Source: Leptospira biflexa (GTDB lineage Bacteria; Spirochaetota; DYNZ01). From it: a stretch of 64,000 nucleotides of DNA. Both the position numbers and the translations under genes were made by a program. Positions within the stretch are counted from its first letter, which is position 1, and each line of letters opens with the position of its first letter. The stretch spans positions 2,568 through 66,567 of the forward strand of contig DYNZ01000007.1 in the NCBI GenBank assembly GCA_020720805.1, given 5' to 3'. Shown here one piece after another: positions 8,764 through 19,324 of this stretch. Below the pieces are notes generated by a model. The model was not told where the DNA came from. It ran no database searches and worked only from the letters and a program-made list of their open reading frames with translations.

Positions 8764-10308
8764 ATGAATCAACTGTCCAAATTCGCAAAAAAAATTGCAA
8801 TTGCTGTTCTGCTGGTTGCCTTAGGTAGCCAGGGAGCGGATATTTTTGCTGGTCCTACGATTATCAGGGATAACAGGGTGCAAGATACAGCTTTAACTCC
8901 AGTGCTGGGTCGCGGCTATTCGCTGTCGACGAACACATACCAATCCATCTGCATGAAAAATGTCAAATTGACGGAGCCTTCCTATGATATGGAGTATCAT
9001 TTTATCTCCAGTTCGGATTCTGGCAATAGAACTCGTAGTACGACCAATACAGCCAGTAGCGATGTAAAAAATACCAAGTCTGTGAATACGGATCGCTGGC
9101 GCAACAGCAGCAGGAGAGATTTCAGCTATGCGCGTAGCAGCAGTTCGACATCAACTGTGGTAAATGGAGTTACCTGGTACAACTACGATATGTATGTTGT
9201 TATCGATCTCTATTCCTATTATGCCTCCGTTGATGAAAGCGTATCCAGGTTGAGTGATTCTGCTCTTATCCTTCTGCAAAAGAATGACCTGCCAGGTTTT
9301 TTTAACGCGTGCGGTGTGTATTACATCCGTTCGATTGGACGCAAGGCTAAATTTGTCTCCAAATTTACCTACCGCAGCCAATCCAAAACCCGCGATGAGG
9401 CCTTTGAAACGCAGTTGCGCACGGCGATTTCCACCTTCTCCACAGAGAGCAAAAACAGTCGTTTTCTATTCTGGGGGAAGAAAGAGACAACAACCACCTC
9501 AACGACCTCTACTGCCGAGCAGGGTTTTGCTACAAAATTTCACGAGAATGCCGAAAAGAACAGCCTGACGATCGAAACCAATGTCTTTGGCCTTGGAAAA
9601 AACGAGAAAGCTTCCATTATCTCCTATGACATGGACAGCTTTAAGGCAGCGATCAAAGACGGCTTTATCGCTATGCAAAATCCAGCGACCGGAAAAGTCA
9701 GCCATATTGAGGCGGTTCCATGGGTTGAAAACACTGAGTTTCAGGCGAATGTACGTTTGGATGTGCTGCCCGATTCAAGTAAGGGGACATCTGAAGAGAA
9801 AAAAGATGAGACCACTACGACAACTACCACCTCCAGCACTCCTGGGGCTGAGATTCTCGATTATGAAAAAAAGCTAACTGTAAACGAAAACGCTGAATTT
9901 TTCATCGAGGTAATGCGTGTAAACCGCAATTTGTGGAATATGTACTACAAGGCGAACATCTGCCAGAAGGAGATCCTTACTAACTGGAAGAATGGCACAG
10001 AGTGGAAAGATAAAAATCTGGAAGCGGCTCTTTTGCTCAACAATAATGACAAGCAATCCACTCATAAACTGTCTGATCTTGATCAGCACCTGACAAAATC
10101 CATTCCTATGTTGTTCCAGAGCGCGCAGGATTTTATGGCGAAAGAGGCTTCTCCCTGCATAGATAAAATACTGAAAACAGGGATTCATAAAAAAATGCAC
10201 TTCTTTCATAATGAGTGTACAGCTTTGAAAAAAAATATGGTTGCGGTTCAAGATACATTGATCGAGCATTATTGTTTGCCCAATCTCTTCAGCGTTGGAG
10301 GCGAGTAA
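8764..10308 (+). CDS. Secreted MACPF-like protein, paralog 1
   Basis: Signal peptide, then GPTIIRDNR...PVLGRGYSLSTNTYQSIC; a Ser/Thr-rich segment; GFFNACGVYYIRSIGR (MACPF-signature-like); a second variable segment; NVFGLG; P.TGKV..IE.VPW; four C-terminal Cys. The ORF is certain, the fold is inferred. Confidence 0.6.
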   Translation: MNQLSKFAKKIAIAVLLVALGSQGADIFAGPTIIRDNRVQDTALTPVLGRGYSLSTNTYQSICMKNVKLTEPSYDMEYHFISSSDSGNRTRSTTNTASSDVKNTKSVNTDRWRNSSRRDFSYARSSSSTSTVVNGVTWYNYDMYVVIDLYSYYASVDESVSRLSDSALILLQKNDLPGFFNACGVYYIRSIGRKAKFVSKFTYRSQSKTRDEAFETQLRTAISTFSTESKNSRFLFWGKKETTTTSTTSTAEQGFATKFHENAEKNSLTIETNVFGLGKNEKASIISYDMDSFKAAIKDGFIAMQNPATGKVSHIEAVPWVENTEFQANVRLDVLPDSSKGTSEEKKDETTTTTTTSSTPGAEILDYEKKLTVNENAEFFIEVMRVNRNLWNMYYKANICQKEILTNWKNGTEWKDKNLEAALLLNNNDKQSTHKLSDLDQHLTKSIPMLFQSAQDFMAKEASPCIDKILKTGIHKKMHFFHNECTALKKNMVAVQDTLIEHYCLPNLFSVGGE

Positions 10309-10330
10309 GCTATCGAGAGTCGGGTTCAAG

Positions 10331-11773
10331 ATGTTGAGGCGCGGATTACACATATTTTTGGCTGTGGGTGTGGCATGGATAGTCAATTCACACTCCTCAA
10401 TTCTGGCAGATTCTGTGGTAATCCGCGATCAGCGCGTCATGGATCTTGGCGTAACGCCTGTTTTGGGGCGCGGCTATTCCATCAGTACGAATACCTACCA
10501 ATCCATCTGTCTGAGTGGAATTAAATTAACAGAGCCATCTTACGATTTTACCTATCAGTTTTCCTCGATTGAAAATGAAACGGATCTGCTGGTAAAACTG
10601 AGTATTGCCGGAGCCGCCGAAGGTTTTCGCAACGAGATGGCTAAGAAGTTGTCGGGAAATGGAAAAACAACTGTTATTAATAACACCCGCTATTTTAACC
10701 ATCATGTGTTGGCGGAAATTAATCTGCATTCCTACTATGCATCCATTGACGAGAGCGCGGCTCAATTAAGCTCCCCGGCAAAGACCCTCTTAACGAATAA
10801 GGATTTGCCTGGATTTTTTGCCAGTTGTGGCGCCTATTACATCCGCTCCATTGGACGAAAAGCCAAGTTTATCGCTGTTTTTTCCTATTCTAGCCTTACC
10901 AATGAGCGTGATCTCCAATTTGAGGCTGATATCGAGACACAGATCAACGGCTTTGGCAAAGATAAGAGCCAGGAGAATGCACGGCAGATCTCGATGCAAT
11001 CCGAGTATCAGTTTCGCCTGAAAAGCGAGCAGAGGCGGCTAAAAATCAACGTATCCGCTTTTGGCCTCGGCAAAAACCAGGATGCCTCCCTGATTTCCTA
11101 TGATATCGACTCTTTCAAGGAGGCGTTGAAAGAGGCCTTTATCTCCATGCAAAATCCGCAAACAGGCAAGGTCAGCAGCATAGAGGTGGTTCCCTGGGTC
11201 GAAAATACAGATTTTCAATCTGTGATTCGTCTGGAACAGCGAACAGCACAGCCTGCTGATCAAGTCGCTTCGGGCCGGGAGAAAAATTTAATTCTGTATG
11301 AAAAAAAGCAAATTCTCAATATGAATGCCGAATTTCTTGCGGAGATCAGCCGAATTGATCGCTCAATGCTCAATCTCTATTACAAGGCTCGTCTGTGCCG
11401 TCAGCACATCAATGAAAATTATCGGGCCAGCGGGGGCAGTGGAGCTTTGAAACCGGAGTACAAACAGAAAAAAGTGATCCACCTACGCGGCGGTCAAGAG
11501 ATACCTTTGACCAGGCTTGATTCTTATTTGCACCCTGAGTTTGTGGAGAGCCTTCTTATCAGGGAAGAGCGCTTTCTTTATGGTGGAAAAGATCTTTTTT
11601 CTGCCAGTGATTTTAAAAGCGGAGCGCAAATGTGTATGCGCCAGCTCTTGCGGCGCGGGTTGCATCTATTTCCCTATCGCGAGCTGGAAGCGTGCAGCCA
11701 AACATGGAAGAGTCTGGTGACAGTAGATGATGAAATGATCAACAATTATTGTATGCCTATGCTGAAGGATTAA
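10331..11773 (+). CDS. Secreted MACPF-like protein, paralog 2
   Basis: Same motif order: VIRDQR, PVLGRGYSISTNTYQSIC, EPSYDF, GFFASCGAYYIRSIGR, SAFGLG, IEVVPWVEN, YCMP. Confidence 0.6.
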   Translation: MLRRGLHIFLAVGVAWIVNSHSSILADSVVIRDQRVMDLGVTPVLGRGYSISTNTYQSICLSGIKLTEPSYDFTYQFSSIENETDLLVKLSIAGAAEGFRNEMAKKLSGNGKTTVINNTRYFNHHVLAEINLHSYYASIDESAAQLSSPAKTLLTNKDLPGFFASCGAYYIRSIGRKAKFIAVFSYSSLTNERDLQFEADIETQINGFGKDKSQENARQISMQSEYQFRLKSEQRRLKINVSAFGLGKNQDASLISYDIDSFKEALKEAFISMQNPQTGKVSSIEVVPWVENTDFQSVIRLEQRTAQPADQVASGREKNLILYEKKQILNMNAEFLAEISRIDRSMLNLYYKARLCRQHINENYRASGGSGALKPEYKQKKVIHLRGGQEIPLTRLDSYLHPEFVESLLIREERFLYGGKDLFSASDFKSGAQMCMRQLLRRGLHLFPYRELEACSQTWKSLVTVDDEMINNYCMPMLKD

Positions 11774-11814
11774 TGCCGCGGATCAAACCGGGGCACGAGG
11801 AGTGAATACTGACG

Positions 11815-13227
11815 ATGAATTTATTTAGAAAAATTTCTGTTTCAAAATGGTTTCTCCTGTTGATCGGCCTTGCCGTTCTGGCCTCCTCACGGCTGACAGC
11901 TGGACCTACAATTATCCGTGACAACCGGATCTTTGATCTGGCCATGACACCCGTTCTGGGTCGCGGCTATTCTATGTCCACAAACACCTTCCAATCGACC
12001 TGTGTACGGGATGTAAAGATGACTGAACCATCGTATGACTTTCAGTACACCTTTCAATCCATGGAAGACCTGAAAGAGATAAAACAGACCCAGACGGTGA
12101 GTGGTCAGGTTGATATCAGTCATCTTTTGACCGCAGTCAAAGCGCGTACCTCGGTCACCACAGGGCAGGAGGAGAAACATTTTTATCACAATATTGTGGT
12201 GAATATTAATATGGATACCTATTATGCGTCCCTGGATGAAAGTAAGTCAACCCTGGGCAACTCGGCCCGTAATCTGCTTCTAACCAACGATATTCCTGGT
12301 TTTTTTCACTCCTGCGGTACCTATTACGTACGTTCGCTGGGTCGCAATGCCCGCTTTGTCTCCGTTTTTACCTATACTCACGATTCCCTCCAGCGCGATA
12401 AAAAATTTGAGTTCGAGCTCGAGCTGGCCATAAAGGGGTTTGGCGGTCGCTTGATGCAATTAATAGGCGGCAATGAAACGCAGGCAAGTTTTAGCACACG
12501 CAATGAGGCCTCTTTTAGTTCTCTGGCAGAAAAGAAAAAACTGATGATCACCAGTGAGGGCTGGGGATTGGGCAAGGCGCAGAAGGCATCTTTGATCTCT
12601 TATGATTTGAAAACCTTCAAGGAGGCGATTAAGGACGCCTTTATCTCGATGCAAAACCCGCAGACGGGACGCGTTACCACAATGGAGATTGTTCCCTGGG
12701 TAGAGAATGTCGAGTTCCAAAATTTTGTCAAATTGGATACAGAGGCCAAAAATGAAAAGGGAGAGACCTTAATGCTTTTCGAAAAGAAGCATATCCTCAA
12801 CCTGAACGCCGAGTTTCTGGCGCGTATCGAGAGAACAGATCGGAAGATGACCAATATTTACTATAAAGCCCTGATCTGCCGCCAGATTATCGACTCTCGC
12901 TGGAAACGCGAAGGGAAATTTTTTCCTGATCTGGCAGATGCCATGATAAAGAACAATCGTAATGAAACAACGATAACCGTTACTCGCTTAGATCTTGAAT
13001 TGACCGCCGAAAAGATCAAGTCTTTGTTAGATGCAGAAGAGCAGTTTATGTACGGGCCTGCCGGTGGAGCAGCCTGCATGAAGGAAATCATGAAAGAAGG
13101 TGTCTTTAAAAAAAGCTGGAGGGATATTCCTGTGTGCCGCGATCTGCGCTCCCGTTTCTCGGCTCCGGTGAATGAGATTATCGATGATTACTGTATGCCT
13201 CAATTAGCGAAGAAAGGCGAGAAATAA
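11815..13227 (+). CDS. Secreted MACPF-like protein, paralog 3
   Basis: GPTIIRDNR, PVLGRGYSMSTNTFQSTC, GFFHSCGTYYVRSLGR, EGWGLG, MEIVPWVEN, YCMP; GAGGAG ribosome-binding site upstream. Confidence 0.6.
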   Translation: MNLFRKISVSKWFLLLIGLAVLASSRLTAGPTIIRDNRIFDLAMTPVLGRGYSMSTNTFQSTCVRDVKMTEPSYDFQYTFQSMEDLKEIKQTQTVSGQVDISHLLTAVKARTSVTTGQEEKHFYHNIVVNINMDTYYASLDESKSTLGNSARNLLLTNDIPGFFHSCGTYYVRSLGRNARFVSVFTYTHDSLQRDKKFEFELELAIKGFGGRLMQLIGGNETQASFSTRNEASFSSLAEKKKLMITSEGWGLGKAQKASLISYDLKTFKEAIKDAFISMQNPQTGRVTTMEIVPWVENVEFQNFVKLDTEAKNEKGETLMLFEKKHILNLNAEFLARIERTDRKMTNIYYKALICRQIIDSRWKREGKFFPDLADAMIKNNRNETTITVTRLDLELTAEKIKSLLDAEEQFMYGPAGGAACMKEIMKEGVFKKSWRDIPVCRDLRSRFSAPVNEIIDDYCMPQLAKKGEK

Positions 13228-13239
13228 CTTTTTTGGCTG

Positions 13240-13617
13240 CTACTGAACCTTATGGTAGCGGCTCCCTCGTCCCCAGAAAAGGGTGAAGCTTTTATAATCC
13301 TCAGAAAATTCAATTGGGCCAATCAGCCAAAGCTGGAGTATCTTTTTGTTCTGAAGCGGACTTTTCGTGGAGAGCATTTTTTTTCCGTCCTGCATCGTGG
13401 TGATCTGAAAGAGTTCCTCTCCTTTGTCATTTTCTACTTTTTGGATTTCGATGGTATCGTATCTGTAGTCGCCATAGGATTTTTTGTAGGTGCCATTGAT
13501 GTCCGGTGTACGTGCGCATCCGGTGAATAGAGCGATCATGAACAGTACGTGGATCGGCCAAAACCATCGAGATTTAGGAGCGGAGATGATATTCGATTTT
13601 TTAGCTGATAGTCTCAT
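13240..13617 (-). CDS. Small putative lipoprotein
   Basis: Hydrophobic stretch ending in the lipobox-like LFTG-C, followed by a short beta-rich mature part. Confidence 0.55.
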   Translation of the reverse strand: MRLSAKKSNIISAPKSRWFWPIHVLFMIALFTGCARTPDINGTYKKSYGDYRYDTIEIQKVENDKGEELFQITTMQDGKKMLSTKSPLQNKKILQLWLIGPIEFSEDYKSFTLFWGRGSRYHKVQ

Positions 13618-13623
13618 CTGGTT

Positions 13624-14034
13624 TTACTTTGGGCAGATATAGCTTGGATCCCTTGTCAAATGGATTTGGGATTTGTAATCTTTGGCTACATCAAAATCAT
13701 AGGGAGAACCCTGGATGGTTTGGTTGGGTTCGATCGTAAACGTTCGGCGATAGGAGTGAATAATCGCGGATATTTTTTTCCCCTTATACTGATATTGGCC
13801 TAACCTAGCTGTCCACCCTTGACCAGGCTTATCTGCCTGAACGATCATGACCCCATCCTTGTTAAAATAGATTGTGATTTTCCATTTTTCATAGGTTCCG
13901 ACAAATTTTTGGCAATGAAGCCGTTTAGCCATTACGGTTTGCGGCAGTAACAGGAGTGCTGTTAATAGAAGTAGTCCGGCTTTGTTGAACAACATGGAGG
14001 GTTGCGCCTTGAAATGATCCATATAACTTTTCAT
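13624..14034 (-). CDS. Small exported protein
   Basis: Signal-like segment AGLLLLTALLLLPQTVMA; mature part has two Cys (LHCQK...YICPK); start uncertain. Confidence 0.5.
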   Translation of the reverse strand: MKSYMDHFKAQPSMLFNKAGLLLLTALLLLPQTVMAKRLHCQKFVGTYEKWKITIYFNKDGVMIVQADKPGQGWTARLGQYQYKGKKISAIIHSYRRTFTIEPNQTIQGSPYDFDVAKDYKSQIHLTRDPSYICPK

Positions 14035-14255
14035 AAAGCACCTTTTCAGTAATGTGAGCAAAGCCAAATAGGTTGCTTCCAAACTGGCAAGCAAAAATTT
14101 TTATCGGTGTTGCGACATCCAGGAATGAGCTCTCCTCTTTTTAGGCTAGACAGTGAAGCGATGGATCGCCTGCTAAGTTTGAGCGGGCGTTTGCGATTGC
14201 TCTGCCTCAAGAATTGAATTTTTATCCACGAATATCCTATGCAGATGGTGTTATT

Positions 14256-16067
<1,812 letters not shown>

Positions 16068-16194
16068 AAAAAAATGGTAATTCATGCCATGAAAAAAAAT
16101 AAATTCTTGTAAACGAGGATTGCATATTATTTTCTATCTCAAATAATAGGGATTACGGATCTATCAGCGATTATCCCGTGATTTTTTTTGTAAC

Positions 16195-17733
16195 ATGGAG
16201 TTTTGCATGGATACACGCAAAAGGGTGAGGTTAAGTTTCATTTTGGCACTACTGCCGATTGCGGTGGCTGTGTTTTATTTATTGCCCATCCAGGCCGGGC
16301 CAACGATTATTCGTGATAATCGCATTGATGATACCGCTTTAACGCCGGTGCTTGGAAGAGGGTACACGATAGTAACAAATACCTTCCAGTCGAAATGTCT
16401 TGATAATGTGGTCATGACTGAGCCTTCCTATGATTTTCAGTATAAGTTTGAGTCCATGGAGACTATGAGCGATGTTACTCACTCTGCCAGCTCTGAAACC
16501 TCGGTCAGTGGAAAATATGGTTTTTTTTCCGGCAGCGCAAGAACCGCGTTTTCCTACAGCGGTAATACAAAGCTATTTTTTCATCGAGTATTGGTAACGC
16601 TGAATATGGATACATATTATGCTTCCGTGGATGAGGCAAAGTCCAGAATTAGCGCATCTGCCGCCAAGCTGCTGCAAGCAAATGATATTCCAGGTTTTTT
16701 TATGGGTTGCGGTTCTTATTATATCCGTTCTATCGGAAGAAACGCCAAGTTTGTGTCGCTGTTTACCTACCAGGATCAAAGTGAAAGTCGTGACGCCAAT
16801 TTTGAAGCTGATATGCAGGTGGCTGTGTCCGGATTTGGCTCAAAAGATGCCTGTCCCGGATCTGAACTTCAAGAGTGCGCTAGCCAGGGTACGAGTACAG
16901 GGTTATCCGGTAGTGCCAGTCAAAAAGTGACCTATTCTTTTAAGTCTCAGGTTGCATCCAAGCGTTTGACTATTGAAACACATGCCTATGGTCTTGGCAA
17001 AAATGAAGGTGCGACATTGATTTCCTATGATCTGGAAACATTTAAGGCAGCTATAAAAGATGCTTTTATCTCCATGCAAAACCCGGCTACAGGCAAGGTA
17101 AAGAATATGGAGATCGTCCCCTGGGTTGAAAATACAGAATTTCAAGCATCCATCAATCTGGAGCAGAAAGAAAATCCCGCTGGTGGCGCGCCCCTGTTAA
17201 TGTATGAAAAAAAATATAATCTTAATTTGAATGGTGAATTTTTAGGTGAGATTGATCGCGCTGACAGGAATTTGCTGAATATCTACTATAAAGCAAAAAT
17301 CTGCAAAGAGGATATTGAGACCAATTATATGACGCAGAGTGTTGGTGGCGGACAGGGGCAGTGGCTACCTGGATATGATAGAAAATTGGTTTTTAATAAT
17401 AAAACCGGCTTTAGCAGTACTTTAACCCTGGTCCAATTGTACAATATGGTAAAAGAGCCAACGCCGTTGCTTGATAAACAGCAACAGTTCATGAAGGAGT
17501 CCCAACCCTGTATCAAGGAGATGATGGCCGCTGGTATGTTTCGTAAAAGCTGGAAACAGATTGGACCCTGCAGCTCCTTATTGCCCAAAATGGCAGCGTT
17601 ACTAAATAGGACGGTGGATGACCATTGTATGCCAATGTTGGTGCCGCCACCACCCAAAATGCCATCCCCACCCCAGGGAGCGAATACTCCGCCGCCGACA
17701 AACAATGCTACCCAGCCGCCTAGGCCAAGATAA
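16195..17733 (+). CDS. Secreted MACPF-like protein, paralog 4, with a Pro-rich tail
   Basis: GPTIIRDNR, PVLGRGYTIVTNTFQSKC, hairpin-like SASSETSVSGKYGFFSGSARTAFSYS, GFFMGCGSYYIRSIGR, HAYGLG, HCMP, then PPPPKMPSPP...PPRPR. Confidence 0.62.
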   Translation: MEFCMDTRKRVRLSFILALLPIAVAVFYLLPIQAGPTIIRDNRIDDTALTPVLGRGYTIVTNTFQSKCLDNVVMTEPSYDFQYKFESMETMSDVTHSASSETSVSGKYGFFSGSARTAFSYSGNTKLFFHRVLVTLNMDTYYASVDEAKSRISASAAKLLQANDIPGFFMGCGSYYIRSIGRNAKFVSLFTYQDQSESRDANFEADMQVAVSGFGSKDACPGSELQECASQGTSTGLSGSASQKVTYSFKSQVASKRLTIETHAYGLGKNEGATLISYDLETFKAAIKDAFISMQNPATGKVKNMEIVPWVENTEFQASINLEQKENPAGGAPLLMYEKKYNLNLNGEFLGEIDRADRNLLNIYYKAKICKEDIETNYMTQSVGGGQGQWLPGYDRKLVFNNKTGFSSTLTLVQLYNMVKEPTPLLDKQQQFMKESQPCIKEMMAAGMFRKSWKQIGPCSSLLPKMAALLNRTVDDHCMPMLVPPPPKMPSPPQGANTPPPTNNATQPPRPR

Positions 17734-17782
17734 ATTTACCTGGTTACGTATAGGTCTTTCCTGTGCGTAGTGTTAGGCTAAG

Positions 17783-19324
17783 ATGATAATTTTGAAGTAT
17801 ATATGGAAAGCAGCTACTATCTTTGTAGCTGCTTTTTTTATTGCGATCCACTCGGCCGGTACTGCGCCGCAGATTATTAGAGATAATCGAATTCAATATT
17901 TGAACGGGTATCCTGCGCTGGGACGCGGGTATAATCTGCACAGCAACTCTTTGCACTCTGTCTGTTTCCAGGAAATCGCTAAAAATGATCCCACTTTTGA
18001 CTTCAAATATGACATGACCGAAATTAACGATGAATATCTTAGTCATATTCGAGCCAACGATAAAAATAATATTGAAGCCAATTATTTAAGAGAATTTGTT
18101 GAAAAATATTTTCAGGAGACAGATGTTACTGGTTGGGGAGATCCTGTTGAGTTAAAAAATTACCTGGTGCGGCTACAGGTGTCCAATTATTATTTTTCAA
18201 TGAATGAAACCAGATCGCCAATCAGTGTCAATGCTAAGCGACTGATCAGAGAACAGAACTATGTAAATTTTTTTAATAGCTGTGGATTTTACTATATTCG
18301 CTCCATGGGCAGCTTTTCCTCCTATCTGGCGATTTTACAGTTTCGCAGTGATCCCGACAACGAGAAAAAAAATGAAGATTTTGTTCGGGATTTGGAGAAA
18401 GGGCTTTTTCGTTTTTCTCATTCCAAAAAAGAACAGGATGCCTTTATTAATGAAGCTACTCGGCGTGGTCTAAAAATTTATGTAAATGGCATTGGTCTGT
18501 CCAAGGGGAGTCAGGCAGCAAATATCGTGCCTACGGATCTAGAGGAGTTCCGGGCGGTGGTTAAGAATGCGTTTACAATGATGCAAAATCCGAGCGCAGG
18601 TTATATAACACAAATGGAAATTGTGCCATGGTTTGAAAATCCAGAATTTCATGTCGCCTTAACCAAATCGCTGACCGAGCTGGATGACCAGCGCAAGCAG
18701 AAAAAGGAATCAAAGAATAGTTCCATCAATTCTACGGCAGAGCCAAATAAGCAGAAGGAGTCGAGTGCCAGCCACTATTTGCGGCAGCGCAGGCTTGAAG
18801 CAAATGCGGGTGTTATCACTGAAATTAATAGAGTAAGTAATTTGCAGATGGAAAAGTATCATCTTGCTATGATTTGTAAAAGAATGATCTATGATAAATT
18901 TATTAATGTCTGGTATATTCACAATACCCGGAATCAACCGATGTATGATGCCAAATTCACCCGTTTTTATAACCGGGAAAATCCTAATAATGAAGAAGCA
19001 AGAATTTCATTGTCCGATTTTGTAAATACCTTTCAAAAATATCCACCTGAAATATTCTTAAAACATAACAAGAGTTTTTTGTATGGAAATGAGTCTATGA
19101 TGAAGGTGAAGATTCCAGAAACAACTGGGGCTTTGCGTTGTATTCATGAAATATTTGCTCAAGGTATTGATTCTGTTGATAGTCAGAGAATTCCTCAATG
19201 CGTGCAAACCATGAAATATATTAGCGAGATTCATACCTCCCTTTTTATAAAAGAATCACAATTCATCCGACAATATTGCCTTCCGCAGCCAGCCGAGCTT
19301 CATTACAATGAAGATGGTAAATAG
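17783..19324 (+). CDS. Secreted MACPF-like protein, divergent paralog 5
   Basis: APQIIRDNR, PALGRGYNLHSNSLHSVC, NFFNSCGFYYIRSMG, VNGIGL, MEIVPWFEN, YCLP; more AT-rich coding than paralogs 1-4. Confidence 0.55.
   Translation: MIILKYIWKAATIFVAAFFIAIHSAGTAPQIIRDNRIQYLNGYPALGRGYNLHSNSLHSVCFQEIAKNDPTFDFKYDMTEINDEYLSHIRANDKNNIEANYLREFVEKYFQETDVTGWGDPVELKNYLVRLQVSNYYFSMNETRSPISVNAKRLIREQNYVNFFNSCGFYYIRSMGSFSSYLAILQFRSDPDNEKKNEDFVRDLEKGLFRFSHSKKEQDAFINEATRRGLKIYVNGIGLSKGSQAANIVPTDLEEFRAVVKNAFTMMQNPSAGYITQMEIVPWFENPEFHVALTKSLTELDDQRKQKKESKNSSINSTAEPNKQKESSASHYLRQRRLEANAGVITEINRVSNLQMEKYHLAMICKRMIYDKFINVWYIHNTRNQPMYDAKFTRFYNRENPNNEEARISLSDFVNTFQKYPPEIFLKHNKSFLYGNESMMKVKIPETTGALRCIHEIFAQGIDSVDSQRIPQCVQTMKYISEIHTSLFIKESQFIRQYCLPQPAELHYNEDGK

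Noticed and set aside
8037-8772. ORFs 8037-8513 and 8488-8772, and similar ORFs at 31545-31727, 34449-34673 and 52070-52273
   Set aside because: They read through MITE or intergenic sequence (e.g. the shared peptide YTKGILVFGYRKA) or overlap real genes.
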